From: Macrostomum lignano
Taxonomy: Eukaryota
Direction: 5' to 3'
Length of the DNA: 64,000 nucleotides
Assembly (NCBI GenBank): GCA_002269645.1
Contig: NIVC01002041.1
Span: 113,804-177,803 of the forward strand
In this document: piece after piece, positions 11,584 to 23,737 of the stretch
Layout of the letters: each line of letters opens with the position of its first letter
Numbering within the stretch: position 1 is the stretch's first letter
The notes under the pieces: generated by a model
The model's input: only the letters and a program-made list of their open reading frames with translations
Told to the model about the DNA's origin: nothing
The model's database searches: none
Position numbers and translations under genes: made by a program

Positions 11584-14500
11584 TCAGGCCGGATCCTGCT
11601 TGGTGAGAATCTCCAGCACCAGAGGGCTGGCCTCGTACACGCCCGAAGCGAGCATAGCCTGAAACTCTTGGGCGGCCATAAGCGACAGCTGCCTGACCAG
11701 GGGCAGGCGCAACAGGAGGCCGGCTACGCGCGATGGCGCCTCCGGGAATCTGGCCGAGCTGCACTGGCGCAGGAACTCCAGCACCCGGTTCTGCTGCCGC
11801 GTCACCAGCTGGGGATCGCACAGGCCCTGCACGTCTGGGCGGGGTTGGGCAGGGGGATTAGTGAGGAGAGGATAGGAGCTTTTCTATTCCGATAAGCGCT
11901 CCCAAAGCTCAGTTCTGATAGACAGGAATAATTCACTCACTCACTTGCAGAGGATTAAGGCAAAGCATCCGAACGGATTACTAACGGATCAGATAAATGG
12001 ACATACGAGTACATAGACAAACTGAAACCGCATTCTGCTCCAGAAATTCTATATTAAGCAGTCTTGACGCGGTGGGAAGTAGCATCGCTTTGATAAATAA
12101 TGGCTGGGAGCAATATAGAGAGGATAAAAGCCATTTGCTAACGATAGAATCGCTTCGCTCACTGCACGCGCAGGAAAAGTACTTTGAGAAGGTTTTTAAA
12201 GAAAATACACTGCATATTAATCATAATGATGCGAACGGCTACAAATAGCTATTCAATGGAAATGATGGCAACAGTAATCGTAAGGATCAAATCTACAGAA
12301 TAAAAATGGCAAGAAAATTTTGCATCTCACGAAAGATGCAGCCTAAACTGTCACCACCTGCTGACAAGAAAAAGAAGTAAATAGAAAATTTAGAATGATT
12401 AAATCTCATTTTTGTGATTTTATTCATAATCTTTTATCATCATTAAGTTTAATTATTAATAAACTGTCTACAGAAGGTACTTCCCACTTCCCAAAAAATG
12501 TTTACCCAACGTACAAGAAAGGCCACTCAGTACATTACCGTCTGTAAGCTACTTTCAGTTCAGTAGTAGGTTAAACAAAAGCATATTAGTGTATTTTTAA
12601 AGTCAAGGCTCATTTATTGGCTCCAATCGCGCCTTTTCACACAAAACCTCTACCCCACCCCACCGCTCAATTTTTATTGCCTTCCCCCACTGTTTAAGCC
12701 TAAAGCGGCCATGTACATTTCAGTGGACTGGCTAATGTACATTATGGCTGAACCAATTAGCAAGCTGTTTGCGCCTGCAAGCTTGGGCTTCTAAATTTGA
12801 GCTGGCTTTATTGAGCTCTATAAAATAGCTTATGTATTCTTCTTTGCTACTGAACTGGAAGTATAAAGCTGTATTTTGAGCGTGCCACCCCACCAGAACA
12901 TGCTTTGGCTCTTAGAGAACAAATGCTACACTGCGCAAAAGAGCGTACTGCGTATTAACAATTCAGAATATAATACTTATAAAGTGGGGCAATATGTAAA
13001 AAATATTTACTCAATTGAGAAGCCAGGGAGAGAGAAACTTCCTTCCTTCCCACTAGAGTTCAAGAGAGCCAATTCAAAGCTCAAGCCGGGGCATTGCAAC
13101 ATGAGTAGCACACAAACTTTGTTGTCACGCTGACACAAAATTGCAAAAGCGCAAAGCGGGAGCCCAGTGTAACATGGCTTAGGCTGATTTATACTGGATT
13201 GCCCAATAAAAGCCCCACCTATTTTTTGGGTGTACAGCGGGCCCTGACTTATCGTAAGGTATGTTCACTCTGTGTCTTGGGGGCTGGCCCTCATAGGTGT
13301 TAATTGCACAGCATCCTCCCGGCCAATGACTCAGAAGACCTTTAGCTTAAACAGTAATCAATAGAAGAATAGTTGAAAACTCACTGTCACTGTAGAGCGT
13401 GAGCAGCTGCAGCAGGGCGCAGTCAACAATGTCCACATTGAAATACTGCATGCAGTGGACAATCTCCTGCACTAGATGGAATAAGCTGTCCGGATAGCCA
13501 GTATAGTAGCGAGTCTGGTGAATATCGAACTCCATGCCTTCGCTGAACATTACCTTCTTGGGCTGGGCCAGCTCCATTGTTCTGCAAGGGCCGGGCGGCG
13601 GCGGGAGGGGGTATTGCCGAGTGCGGCAACCCAGGGGGCTCACCTAGTTAGCGTATTATTCATACCGTAAACTCTCCCAGTACAAAATAATACTCTGGGT
13701 GAGTAGGGATCAAACAATATCAATATTTTGAAATAGGGATTTAAGTTTAAACTGTCCTGTAATAGACGAGAGAATGAACATAAATATTATTGAATTAGGA
13801 TCTTGCTGCAATTAGGATTTCGACTGCAGGATTAAAAACTCTGCATTGGGGCAATGGGAATTCAGTTAGAAGATTGGGGCGATGGGAAATCAGTTAGAGG
13901 ATTGGGGCAATGGGAATTCAGTTAGAGGATTGGGGCAATGGGAATTCAGTTAGAGGATTGGGACAATGGGAATTCAGTTAGAGGATTGGGACAATGGGAA
14001 TTCAGTTAGAGGATTGGGGCAATGGGAATTCAGTTAGAGGATTGGGGCGATGGGAATTCAGTTAGAGGATTGGGACAATGGGAATTCAGCTAGAGGATTG
14101 GGACAATGGGAATTCAGCTAGAGGATTGGGACAATGGGAATTCAGCTAGAGGATTGGGACAATGGGAATTCAGCTAGAGGATTGGGACAATGGGAATTCA
14201 GCTAGAGGATTGGGGCAATGGGAATTCAGCTAGAGGATTGGGACAATGGGAATTCAGTTAGAGGATTGGGACAATGGGAATTCAGTTAGAGGACTGGGAC
14301 AATGGGAATTCAGCTAGAGGATTGGGACAATGGGAATTCAGCTAGAGGATTGGGACAATGGGAATTCAGCTAGAGGATTGGGACAATGGGAATTCAGCTA
14401 GAGGATTGGGACAATGGGAATTCAGTTAGAGGATTGGGACAATGGGAATTCAGTTAGAGGATTGGGACAATGGGAATTCAGTTAGAGGATTGGGACAATG

Positions 14501-17500
14501 GGAATTCAGCTAGAGGATTGGGACAATGGGAATTCAGTTAGAGGATTGGGACAATGGGAATTCAGCTAGAGGATTGGGACAATGGGAATTCAGTTAGAGG
14601 ACTGGGACAATGGGAATTCAGCTAGAGGATTGGGACAATGGGAATTCAGCTAGAGGATTGGGACAATGGGAATTCAGCTAGAGGATTGGGACAATGGGAA
14701 TTCAGCTAGAGGATTGGGACAATGGGAATTCAGCTAGAGGATTGGGACAATGGGAATTCAGCTAGAGGATTGGGACAATGGGAATTCAGCTAGAGGATTG
14801 GGACAATGGGAATTCAGCTAGAGGATTGGGACAATGGGAATTCAGTTAGAGGACTGGGACAATGGGAATTCAGCTAGAGGATTGGGACAATGGGAATTCA
14901 GCTAGAGGATTGGGACAATGGGAATTCAGCTAGAGGATTGGGACAATGGGAATTCAGCTAGAGGATTGGGACAATGGGAATTCAGCTAGAGGATTGGGAC
15001 AATGGGAATTCAGCTAGAGGATTGGGACAATGGGAATTCAGCTAGAGGATTGGGACAATGGGAATTCAGCTAGAGGATTGGGACAATGGGAATTCAGATA
15101 AAAATAGGGGAATAGTAGGACAGTTGATTTTGGGAAAGGACCTTAGCAAACACCCAATTCTCGCAGATCAATAGAAAACACGCACCTGAACGCCAAGCGA
15201 ATCATCTGAATGTCCAGAAAGGCGCTCTGAATAAGCAGCTTCCTATCTGACATTGCCAATTCCGAGAAGTTGGGCACCTCTTTGCAGAAGCGAATGATGT
15301 TTTCAACCTCCAAATAGGCTGTGTTCATAAAGGCTTGACCGCAATTCAGTCTTGTGCAGCAAAAGTAGCCTGCATTGATTGAAAAGTGCATCGAGTTCGC
15401 TTCATCAATTGGATGCTTTTCCTTAATTCTCCCGATGAAAACCCAGACCAAGAATAGGAAAGAAGAGACTCTAGACGACTCTAAAACGACGAGATGTCAC
15501 GGTAAAAGTCGCCAAAAAGTTGTCAAAGCGTCGCCTAAGACCCAATTTAAGGCGTTTTTTCGTTTAGAACTCTGAAACGAATCTGGGGCCGTCTGGGACC
15601 TCCGGAGTCGATGTAGAATCACTGAGTTGTCTCTAAAGCGCATCTGCGTTACTTTATAAAGAATAATAATCGCATTTTGCATTAATAACACAACTCTATT
15701 GAGTCTGCTTGAGTTAGTAGAAAGTTAAGCGCTAACAGAAGGACTCTTTCGCGACCCCATACAATTCTACACCTCACGAGATGCATTCGTGACTTAACAG
15801 ACGCATAACAGTCGGTTTGAATTGTTAAAAAGTCACAAGAGCCTTTTAGCGATTCCTGTCACAGTAACGTTTTTCACTGAGTCCCTCCCCTCTCCTGTAA
15901 AGCAGCTAAAATAGCTGATCAGCAAAACATAGAGGATACAAGACTACGACTAGCGCCCATCTTTCACCTTGCCGCGTCGCCAAAAGAGGGGAAGGGGGAG
16001 CAGCCAAATCCCAATCCATTTTATCCCCGCCCTTCTCTTCCCTAGCAACACTGCTTGGGAGAGAGTTGGTGAGGCAAAACCTTGAGTATTCATGCAAAAA
16101 GGAGCTGAATAGCTAATCCGCAGCAAGAGACTTTCTGCTCTCCTTGCTTTAGTGCAAAGATGGCTTTTATTATGCTTCTTGTACTCAATTAATAACCTAA
16201 TAAAGTTCACCTTGTACTTAACACTCGTGAGTCAACGAGATAAACTTATTATTGAGCAAAAAAACTCAGGCCAAAAAATGTAGCAAATAAACGATTTATA
16301 AACAAACTTTAGGGTTTAATCTATATATTTGGCCCACCTGTGCTATCCAATTTGCCGATGGTGCAAGCAATTAAATTAGTGGAAACAGCTGCCGCCTCTT
16401 CTATCTGACTGGAATTTTAACAATTTCATCCTCTGCTGATTCATTGTCGACTGCCCTTCAGTTAATATAAGCTCAGGCCAATTCAATGGGATTTTGTAGG
16501 ATTTTATCAGTTCAATAATTTCCACTCAACCCAGGCCTTTAAAACGCGACAAAATAATAAAATGACAGATGCAGGCGAGTGAAATATTTCCACTGTTTAA
16601 AGGTGGGTAGCAGCCTCCATTTTTTTAACGATGGGCTGCATCTGCTGTCGATCCAAAGGTGGCTTTGAAATTGCAGGCTGCATCTACCGCTGATCTCGGT
16701 TGCATCTATAGCTGATCTCGGTTGCATCTATAGCTGATCTCGGTTGCATCTATAGCTGATCTCGGTTGCATCTATAGCTGATCTCGGTTGCATCTATAGC
16801 TGATCTCGGTTGCATCTATAGCTGATCTCGGTTGCATCAATAGCTGATCTAGGTTGCATCAATAGCTGATCTAGGTTGCATCTATAGCTGATCTAGGTTG
16901 CATCTATAGAGCTGATCTAGGTTGCATCTATAGCTGATCTCGGTTGCATCTATAGCTGATCTCGGTTGCATCTATAGCTGATCTCGGTTGCATCAATAGC
17001 TGATCTAGGTTGCATCAATAGCTGATCTAGGTTGCATTTATAGAGCTGATCTAAGTTGCATCTATAGAGCTGATCTAGGTTGCATCTAACGCGGTTGCAT
17101 CAATAGTTGATCTAGGTTGCATCTACCGCGGTTGCATCAATAGCTGATCTAGGTTGCACCTACCGCGGTTGCATCTATAGCTGATCTAGGTTGCATCAAT
17201 AGCTGATCTAGGTTGCACCTACCGCGGTTGCATCTATAGCTGATCTAGGTTGCACCTACCGATGATCTAGGTTGCACCTACCGATGATCTAGGTTGCATC
17301 TATAGCTGATCTACTAGGCTGCACCTACCGCTGTTTGCATCTTTAGCTACATAAATTTGGACTGCAGCTATCATCACAATACTGAAAAGCTACTCACCCT
17401 GCTCAGCAATTTTCGGTATCTTATTCGGTTCCAGCGCCAGCAGATCGCTGACAAACTTTTTGGCCTCCAGACTGCTAAGCATCTCTAAATAGGCGCCGCG

Positions 17501-20495
17501 ACCGACTCCATTAAAAGGCGAGCCGATGCGAGCGTCTGTAGTCCCGGCTTCGATCGGGGGATACAGCTCGTCCAGGTCGCAGCTGTGGTAGCTAGATTGC
17601 TGCTGCTGCTGCAACTCGTGCTGCTTCTGCTTTTGTTGCCCAAGCAACGGCTGCAGCGGCGGTATTATAGAGGGAAGATTTATTACGAGGGGTGTCCCAA
17701 AAGTCGGTGCACTTTCTTCACTACAGCCTTTTCTGACCGATCAGAAATATTTATTTTGTAGCAGTTAACAAGAGAATTATCTGCCCGTTAAAATTACTTT
17801 CTGTTTATTTCTGTATCTGCTGGCATTCTTGAGATATGAGCATTTTTATGCCCCACCCCCTGTGCTACTTTTACAAATTGCCATAGACCGAAGCTTTGTA
17901 CCTGATGTACGAAACAACGAAACATTCAACGAATCAATAAAACATCCGCAGCATGAAAGCTGAGGAAAGAACAGTTAAAAGTTAATCATTAACATTGTCC
18001 TGAGGCTTCTCCACATAGTCACCACTGCGCTGCACACTTGACACTTATGGCATCAGCAAGGGCATCAGCAATGGCATCGACAAATTCAGGAATTGCTTGA
18101 CACCGATGCCAGACTGACAGTTTGTGAGATTGATCAGACTGACATGCTCGGCAGTCCAAAGTTCACTGTTCCACACCGCACGGTGACTGCAGAGTTGGAA
18201 CTGTCAAAGATCTCGGCCCGCTGGGTACCGCGGCTCCACACCTTCTGCGCCATGACAACCCACAATCTACGTCCCACACGGCCAAGAAAACGGAGGAGAC
18301 GACCAAGCAGGCAAGTTTTGAGCTGCTCTGACACCCACGCCTTCTCTCTGGATTTGTCACCAGCTGACTTTTCCATCTTTCCAAAGATGAAGAAGCTGCT
18401 GCATGGACGAATTTTTGCTTGTTGTGGGAACCTGGAAGCATTGACTCGCCAAGTTCTCCTAGATAGATAGGCCAGTCTGAAGAGTCACAGCTCTACAGAC
18501 TTTCTAGCCGGGCATTGCTGACCACAGAATAGCCATCAGACTCGATGAAAACGGCATCTAGGCCAAGAGAAGCGTCCCAGAGTCACTTGCGTCAACCCCC
18601 AGAGTCGTTGCAGACGACACAGGTAAAATAGGAAACTCTTGAAACGACTTTAAAACGACGGGATTTCGCGGTACAAGTCGCCAAAAAGTTGTCAGAGTCG
18701 CAAAACAGTCACTTTCTTCAAGCGTTTCACTGTCTGCGACTCTCAAACGACTCTGGGCGCGACCCTTTGGGGTCGTATAGTCGAATTTGAGGCGTGCTAG
18801 AGATGCTGTAGAGTCACTGAGTCGTGTTTGAAGCGCACTTGCGTCGCTTGATGAATTCGAGTCGCAGCTCTTGCGAAAGTTAAGCGCCAACACAACAATT
18901 CTTGGACGACTCTTTCGCGAGTCTGTAACTCACGTGACGCTCTTGTGACCGCTTTTGGGTCGTTAAAAAGTTACAAGAGCCGCCCCACAGTCGCTAGATA
19001 CTTGCTTGCAATGACTTTTAAGACCTTAGAGATAGGTCTGTTTGCTGACAAGCTGGTTGACTTAGTCCGTATACTCGTACCAGTGTACACTACTGTATTC
19101 AAACACGCTCACGCAGGGTGTACAGCGGCGCTTGTGACTTTCTAATCGTCAGGCTTATACACTTTGTGTCTGGGGGGGGGGGGGGGTGAATTGCAAAACA
19201 CAGAGGGATCACAGAGCCAGCGATAGCCTATGGCCAGCCCTGCTGCAAACCATTTACATAACGGGATTTGCTTCAAGACTTTGGTACATTGTGTACTCAC
19301 ACCACTGCACGACTGCAGCGTATTTTTCGACGAAGGTATTAGCGAATGAAATCCGGCTACGCTAACAGAAAATGACGGCAACTGGCTGATGTCCAAATCC
19401 GGCGGCATCTGCTGCTGCTGATTGCCGCGGCCGCCAAGCTGATGGCGAGGAAGCTGGTGCTGCCGCCGGTGCTGCAACTGATGATTGCCGATTGGCGGCT
19501 TATGATGTGTCAGTTTGGGGAGTTGCATTTTGCCAGCGGGAACTGCGAGCGAAGAGTTGAACGGCTGAGGCGGCAGCGGGATGTTCATAGCTGACTGGCG
19601 CTGACGTTGCGAAGGCGGCGGAGCAGAGAAATGGCAGGCGCCGTCCGTTGGAGGCGTCTTTGGCCGCTTCCGGCGATTGCCGGGGGTGCGATCGGGCCGG
19701 ACCACTGGGTTAGGGATTGCGGGGGAGTGGCTTGGTTTCTGTGCGGATCTGTATCACACAATTGAAACACACCCAATCCAGTGCACCCGTTGGTTGAAAC
19801 ACACCCAATCCAGGGCACCCGTTGGTTGAAACACACCCCATTCAGTGCACCCGTTGGTTGAAACACCCCATTCAGTGCACCCGTTGGTTGAAACACCCCA
19901 TTCAGTGCACCCGTTGGTTGAAACACCCCATTCAGTGCACCCGTTGGTTGAAACACACCCAATCCAGTGCAACCGTTGGTTGAAACACACCCCATCCAGT
20001 GCACCCTTTGGTTGAAACACCCCATCCAGTGCACCCGTTGGTTGAAACACACCTCTTCCAGTGCACCCGTTGGTTGAAACACTCCCATCAGTGCAACCTC
20101 TGATTGACAAATCTAGTGTTAAACTAAATGAGTAGACTTAAAATTACAAAAATATCTGCTTACAGTCCCTGTCCATGCCGGCATTCAAGCACTTTGTCAG
20201 TCGACAATACTGACAGACATTTCTACTGGTCTTGTTGATCTCGCAGGTGCCCTCCCTCGCGCATTTGTAGTCACGTGGTGTCTGTATACTGCGCTTAAAG
20301 AATCCTTTGCAGCCTTCGCAGGCCTCAATGCCATAGTGAATGCCACTTGAACTACAGAGTCAAAAGATTTTAATTGTGTAAAAATATCTTCAGTAGCAGT
20401 CACTACTCGAAACAATTAAGTTAAAACTATTGATTGCTGGAGACTTACATGTCATTGCAAACTCGGCATAGTTCAATAGACTTTAATTTCTTCAT
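11584..20495 (-). CDS. Nuclear hormone receptor (C4 zinc-finger DBD plus LBD), 7 coding exons, 507 aa
   Basis: Exons are 20495-20449, 20351-20164, 19704-19301, 17650-17398, 15369-15186, 13581-13385 and 11834-11584. All introns are GT-AG with compatible phases, and the total is 1524 nt. DBD: [30 protein letters not shown]...[33 protein letters not shown]: [40 protein letters not shown] and AF-2-like PLVLEIL. Confidence 0.93.
13845..15100. repeat. 28-bp intronic minisatellite (GGATTGGGACAATGGGAATTCAGCTAGA), about 44 copies
   Basis: A 28-bp period is directly visible inside a nuclear receptor intron. Confidence 0.96.
15430..15860 (+). repeat. Diverged copy of a GACTC/GAGTC-rich dispersed repeat
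   Basis: Shares CGATGAAAAC, AAGTCGCCAAAAAGTTGTCA, AAAGTTAAGCGC and GTTAAAAAGT(C/T)ACAAGAGCC with 18543-19025. Confidence 0.7.
16686..17330. repeat. 22-bp intronic minisatellite (ATAGCTGATCTCGGTTGCATCT)
   Basis: A 22-bp period with variant units is directly visible. Confidence 0.94.
17684..18540 (+). mobile_element. Internally deleted, decayed mariner element
   Basis: TA followed by TIR-like CGAGGGGTGTCCCAAAAGT at 17684. The ORF 18093-18470 retains KISARWVPR and a degenerate YSPDL motif ([22 protein letters not shown]). No right TIR was found. Confidence 0.8.
18543..19025 (+). repeat. GACTC/GAGTC-rich dispersed repeat (about 480 bp, MITE-like)
   Basis: High-identity reverse-complement match to about 50975-51410, and a weaker match to 15430-15860. 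Confidence 0.8.
19760..20095. repeat. 30/32-bp intronic minisatellite (CAGTGCACCCGTTGGTTGAAACA(CA)CCCCATT)
   Basis: About 11 tandem units are directly visible. Confidence 0.92.
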
Positions 20496-21379
20496 AGAAC
20501 ACCTTCTTGTTCTTGGTCTTGAAAAAAAATTATGCTAGTATCAAGTAAAAAAGAGTACCAAGTGGATATTTAAGGGCAAGCAATGACCACTAAAAGCAAG
20601 GTAGTCATATTCCTAGAGCAAGTAGATATTTGCCATCATTGACTTATATAAGGTATCATATTTATACTATAGTGATAATGAAGCTAGAAGGTCAAGCTAT
20701 TGCCACTGAGGTTTAATCTTATTAATTAGATTCTAGGCTAAAGGTTTAAGTCATTTGTACATTTTGAATATAATTGCATCAAAAATTTATATTTTTCACT
20801 TGATCTTTAGCTTAGGCAATGACACAAATTTGCATAAAATTAATAATAACATAATCTTTTCATTGTTAAACCCCAAAAGACTAACGCGGAGTAAAAGCAA
20901 GTGGCACAAAAGACCGGCAGACGCGGCCCAGAAAGGGAAAACGAACCCCTTAAGCGACGAAATATATTGATCTTGTAATTTAAAAGAGAAAAAAAAATAT
21001 TTTGCCAAAATTACGCCGACTCAGCGGCCGCGACGCGTGACTAAATAGCACAGAGCGGGGGGAGGCTGCCCTAAGCCCTGCACGCACGCAGAGCACCAGC
21101 ACCCCACCAACCCACCAAAGCGAGGCCGGGCCGGCGCGGGGGGGGGGGTTTAAAACCAGTTAGAGTCAGATACCTGCCTCAAACTGACGTATTAAACCCC
21201 AAAAGACTAACGCAGAGTAAAAGCAAGTGGCACAAAAGACCGGCAGACGCGGCCCAGAAAGGGAAAACGAACCCCAACACCAACAGAAAGAGGGAGAAGG
21301 AGACAAGCGTGTAAAATCAAATCAACGAGCCGCAGAAAAAATTAAACCAAGCCAAAAAAGCCAGGTCCAAGCAATAGCT

Positions 21380-23737
21380 CTAAGACTCGTACCTGAGCTC
21401 GGGATCTGCTTCAGCCGTCGCAACTCGCTCCGCTCGAGAACTGCGCCAGAGACCGGGGCTCAGCGCGAGCGACGCCTGCTCAAGCAACCGGGCCGCCGTT
21501 GACTCATTGAGGCAGGCCCTGCGCAGATCTTCCGGCTGCGCCTTGGCCCGGCCGAAGTAGCGCAGCAGAAACAGCAGCATGTGGCGGGGATGCGTCAGGC
21601 AGCGCGACAGCGGGTCGCTCAGCAGCTGCCAGGACCCCGGCATATGGTGAGCTCGAAACTGAAAGTCGTGCCTCAGCGCTGCCAGAGTGGCCGTTTTGAG
21701 CAGGGTCATGACGATCGGGTTGCTGGAGGCACCGCGGTTGATGGTGCCGACCGCCGCGCTGCTGTCGACGTAGCAGGCCACCTTGCCGCCGGCCAGCTGC
21801 TCCTGGAACAGAATGATGGCGAGCAGCGGCAGTACCGTCTCCTTGGCGTTGATGTGCTCGCTCAGGAAGATGCCACCGGCGTCACTGCAGAAGTCGACGA
21901 GGCGGAACTCGCGCTGGCCATCAGAGGTGCTCAGGATCATGCCACCGGCACTGACGCAGGCGTCCGTCTCGACCGCTGCCAGCACTCGTGCACGCCGCCA
22001 CAGCTTGTCGGTCGGGAACACTGGGATTGCATGCTGCCAGAACTGCAACTGGGCCAGTAGCTCGCCGCGCACCGGTACTCGATGATGCTGATCAGGAATA
22101 GCGATGGTTATCTCCAGGAGCGCGCGAAGCAGGGCCTTTGCAGGTTTGGCCACTTTGCAGAACCAGTTCAGTTTGCCGACTAGGTGCTGAAGGCGACGTT
22201 TTTGCAGGCTCTTCGAGTTGGCGCAGTCCTGGAGAAGTTCTCGAAGGCCGTCCATCTTCTTGGCGGGCAGTGACAGCAGGCCAGTCAATGTGTCGATCTG
22301 CACACCCAGGAAAGTGACCGAAGTGGCTGGGCTCTGCGTCTTGGCCCAGTTGATCTCAAAGCCGAGGCGCTGCAGGGTGACCAGCAGAAAATTGTGCAGC
22401 TGCAGGCAGACCTCGTAGTCCCGGGCAGCTATGCAGAAATCGTCGAGGTATGCGATGACGACGAATTTGGACAGATGCGAGAATTGCCTGTACATAAAGC
22501 GCTTGACAGCTTGCGTTACGCGGTGGAAAATGTTGACTGATGCCGCCGCACCGAATGGGAGTCGCGTGTCAACCAGATAGGTGGGCTGACCGTCCAGCTC
22601 GAACGTCCACCGGAGCCCCGTCGCCTTATAGCAGTCTGGGTGCACCTGAACACTTCGGTAGGCGTGGCGTAGGTCGACCTTGCTGAGGAACCAGCCTGGT
22701 GCCAGCTGCCTGGTGAGATCCTCGACATTAACAAACTTCATCTTCTGGCGGGGCTTGTACAGATCGTTGAGGCTGTTGCCCTGTGGCGCGGACGCGTCGT
22801 GAATCAGGCGGATGGCGCCGTCTGCCTTCGGGACGGCGCCCAGTGGGCTGATGATGGTCGGCCTGGCGATGCCCAAGTCAGTTGCGCTGATGTACCGGCC
22901 AGCCACGACCTCCTCTCTGATCTGCAGCTCAACGGCATTCCGATTTGCCTCGCAGCGGGCGGATGCATGATTTTCGAGCTGGGATTCGCTGGTCGGAGCC
23001 GCGTCGGTGATGCGAAAGCCATCGCGAATTCCCGCGATCAGAAACTCCGCGTCCGAGTCTCCGAGCAGGACTGGTGTCCAAGCAGCAGTTAACAGCGGCC
23101 AACGTTTTCGGAGTGCAGCCACCGGGCCGGCAACAGGGCCGGCAGCAGCGCCGGCAGCAGGACCGGCAGCAGGGCCGGCAGCGGGGCCGGCGGCAGGGCC
23201 GGCGGCAGGGCCGGCGGCAGGGCCGGCGGCAGGGCCGGCGGCAGGGCCGGCGGCAGGGCCGGCGGCAGGGCCGGCGGCAGGGCCAGCGGCTGGGCCGGCA
23301 GCAGGACCGGCGGCAGGGCCGGCGGCTGGGCCGGCAGCAGGACCGGCGGCAGGGCCGGCGGCTGGGCCGGCAGCAGGGCCGGCGGCTGGGCCGGCGGCAG
23401 GGCCGGCAGCAGGGCCGGCAGCAGGACCGGCAGCAGGAACGGCAGCAGGGCCGGCAGCAGGGCCGGCGGCAGGGCCGGCGGCAGGGCGAGTGGCAGGGCG
23501 AGTGGCATGGCGAGCGGCAGTGCGAGCGGCAGGGCGAGCGGCAGGGCGAGCGGCAGGGCGAGTGGCAGGTCGAGCGGCAGGGCGAGCGGCAAGGCGAGTG
23601 GCAGGGCGAGCGGAAGGGCCAGTGGCAGTGCGAGCAGCTGTCTCGCATGGAATTAAAATTTTGGACTGTCTATCAGACGCCGTCCGCTTAGGGCTAAAAC
23701 TGGTGCCGCCGCGACCCGCCTCTTTGCTCAGTTTTTT
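21380..23737 (-). CDS. Pol (RT plus RNase H) of copy 1, in the -1 frame relative to gag
   Basis: RT motifs [26 protein letters not shown] and YLDD. RNase H motifs ETDAC, HINAKE, YVDS and HMPG...SDPLSR. The frame is open from the slippery site at 23731-23737 through the PAAG repeat into the track ORF 21380-23122. Confidence 0.88.
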   Translation of the reverse strand, partial: KKLSKEAGRGGTSFSPKRTASDRQSKILIPCETAARTATGPSARPATRLAARPAARPATRPAARPAARPAARTAARHATRPATRPAAGPAAGPAAGPAAVPAAGPAAGPAAGPAAGPAAGPAAGPAAGPAAGPAAGPAAGPAAGPAAGPAAGPAAGPAAGPAAGPAAGPAAGPAAGPAAGPAAGPAAGPAAGPAAGAAAGPVAGPVAALRKRWPLLTAAWTPVLLGDSDAEFLIAGIRDGFRITDAAPTSESQLENHASARCEANRNAVELQIREEVVAGRYISATDLGIARPTIISPLGAVPKADGAIRLIHDASAPQGNSLNDLYKPRQKMKFVNVEDLTRQLAPGWFLSKVDLRHAYRSVQVHPDCYKATGLRWTFELDGQPTYLVDTRLPFGAAASVNIFHRVTQAVKRFMYRQFSHLSKFVVIAYLDDFCIAARDYEVCLQLHNFLLVTLQRLGFEINWAKTQSPATSVTFLGVQIDTLTGLLSLPAKKMDGLRELLQDCANSKSLQKRRLQHLVGKLNWFCKVAKPAKALLRALLEITIAIPDQHHRVPVRGELLAQLQFWQHAIPVFPTDKLWRRARVLAAVETDACVSAGGMILSTSDGQREFRLVDFCSDAGGIFLSEHINAKETVLPLLAIILFQEQLAGGKVACYVDSSAAVGTINRGASSNPIVMTLLKTATLAALRHDFQFRAHHMPGSWQLLSDPLSRCLTHPRHMLLFLLRYFGRAKAQPEDLRRACLNESTAARLLEQASLALSPGLWRSSRAERVATAEADPELRYES
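23116..23640. repeat. 12-bp GC-rich coding tandem repeat (CCTGCCGCCGGC and variants), copy 1
   Basis: Directly visible. It reads PAAG, PCRR or LPPA in the three minus-strand frames. Confidence 0.93.

Noticed and set aside
19585-20110. ORFs with GVFQPTGAL or STNGCT repeats
   Set aside because: These are translations of the 30/32-bp intronic minisatellite.
21280-21500. [12 protein letters not shown] and post-stop AWFNFFC as a remnant of the YR N-terminus
   Set aside because: The resemblance is short and falls in a T-rich stretch, so it cannot be supported without an alignment.
21581-22418. Plus-strand ORFs opposite RT/RNase H as the missing recombinase
   Set aside because: They contain no R...HxxR...Y motifs and are typical antisense ORFs of GC-rich coding DNA.
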